Positions 63,745 through 64,000 of a DNA stretch of 64,000 nt are shown here, piece by piece. Within the stretch, counting starts at the first letter, position 1, and each line of letters starts with the position of its first letter. The position numbers and the translations under genes were made by a program. The DNA lies in the NCBI GenBank assembly GCA_965231905.1, contig CBDDOO010000001.1, positions 523,640-587,639 of the forward strand, written 5' to 3'. Origin of the DNA: Arenicellales bacterium. Lineage in GTDB: Bacteria > Pseudomonadota > Gammaproteobacteria > Arenicellales > Poriferihabitantaceae. Below the pieces are notes generated by a model. That model was given only the letters and a program-made list of their open reading frames with translations. It made no database searches and had not been told where the DNA came from.

Positions 63745-64000
63745 TCGTTTCTGGCGCCGACTTCGTGTTCCTGGAATATCGCGGGCAGTTCCTGTAATGC
63801 GATCTTGCCCAGCGGGGTGCGCGGCAGTTCTTCGACGACGGCAACCCGCGTGATCCGGTTGTGGCTCGATACCAGCGCGTTGTATTGCCTGAGCGCCCTG
63901 CGGGCATCGGTGGCCGGGTTGTCGCTGTCCATCGCGAGTACACAGACCGGCTTCATATCCATCTCCAGTACGCCGGCTTCCTTGATGGCCGGGTCTCGTT
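63741..64000 (-). CDS. C-terminus of an AMP-binding (acyl-CoA synthetase-like) enzyme; 5' part outside the window
   Basis: The frame is open to the window edge (RDPAIKEAGV...) and contains the A10-type motif LPRTPLGKI. Confidence 0.7.
   Translation of the reverse strand, partial: RDPAIKEAGVLEMDMKPVCVLAMDSDNPATDARRALRQYNALVSSHNRITRVAVVEELPRTPLGKIALQELPAIFQEHEVGARNE

Overview
A gammaproteobacterial-type chromosome segment. The core gene order is msbA-lpxK-kdsB, aspS-yebC-ruvCAB-tolQRAB-pal-cpoB, and accA-tilS ... pyrG-kdsA-eno-ftsB. Three accessory blocks interrupt it. (1) A ~15-kb, nine-gene, minus-strand RiPP operon (18387-33425) abuts the 3' end of tRNA-Arg(ACG). It encodes an NHLP-leader precursor with a predicted six-residue core LCCCGL, an MMPL transporter, an AlkB-like diiron enzyme fused to a degenerate GlnE-like nucleotidyltransferase domain, an RRE-E1-YcaO cyclodehydratase, an unassigned 379-aa protein, the three-part NHLP export system and a SAM methyltransferase. 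No azoline dehydrogenase is present, and one ABC subunit is frameshifted at a G18 run. This is the best candidate for an undescribed system. (2) A defence-like island lies between tilS and pyrG: DUF429 and a herA-nurA-DNA methyltransferase operon, plus an AAA-PD-(D/E)XK gene. herA has one in-frame TGA. nurA is split by an IS110 element whose bridge RNA, guide segments, CT core and circle-junction promoter can be read directly from the sequence. (3) A type III restriction-modification locus has mod split by an IS5 element (4-bp TTGA duplication) and is bracketed by inverted GTAG-type REP palindromes. Smaller oddities include a palindrome-plus-duplication at the lpxK start, an SDR with no standard start codon in frame behind the bcp amber stop, and a homocysteine-methyltransferase/SAM-methyltransferase fusion. 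All assignments come from motif recognition by eye; no database search was run.
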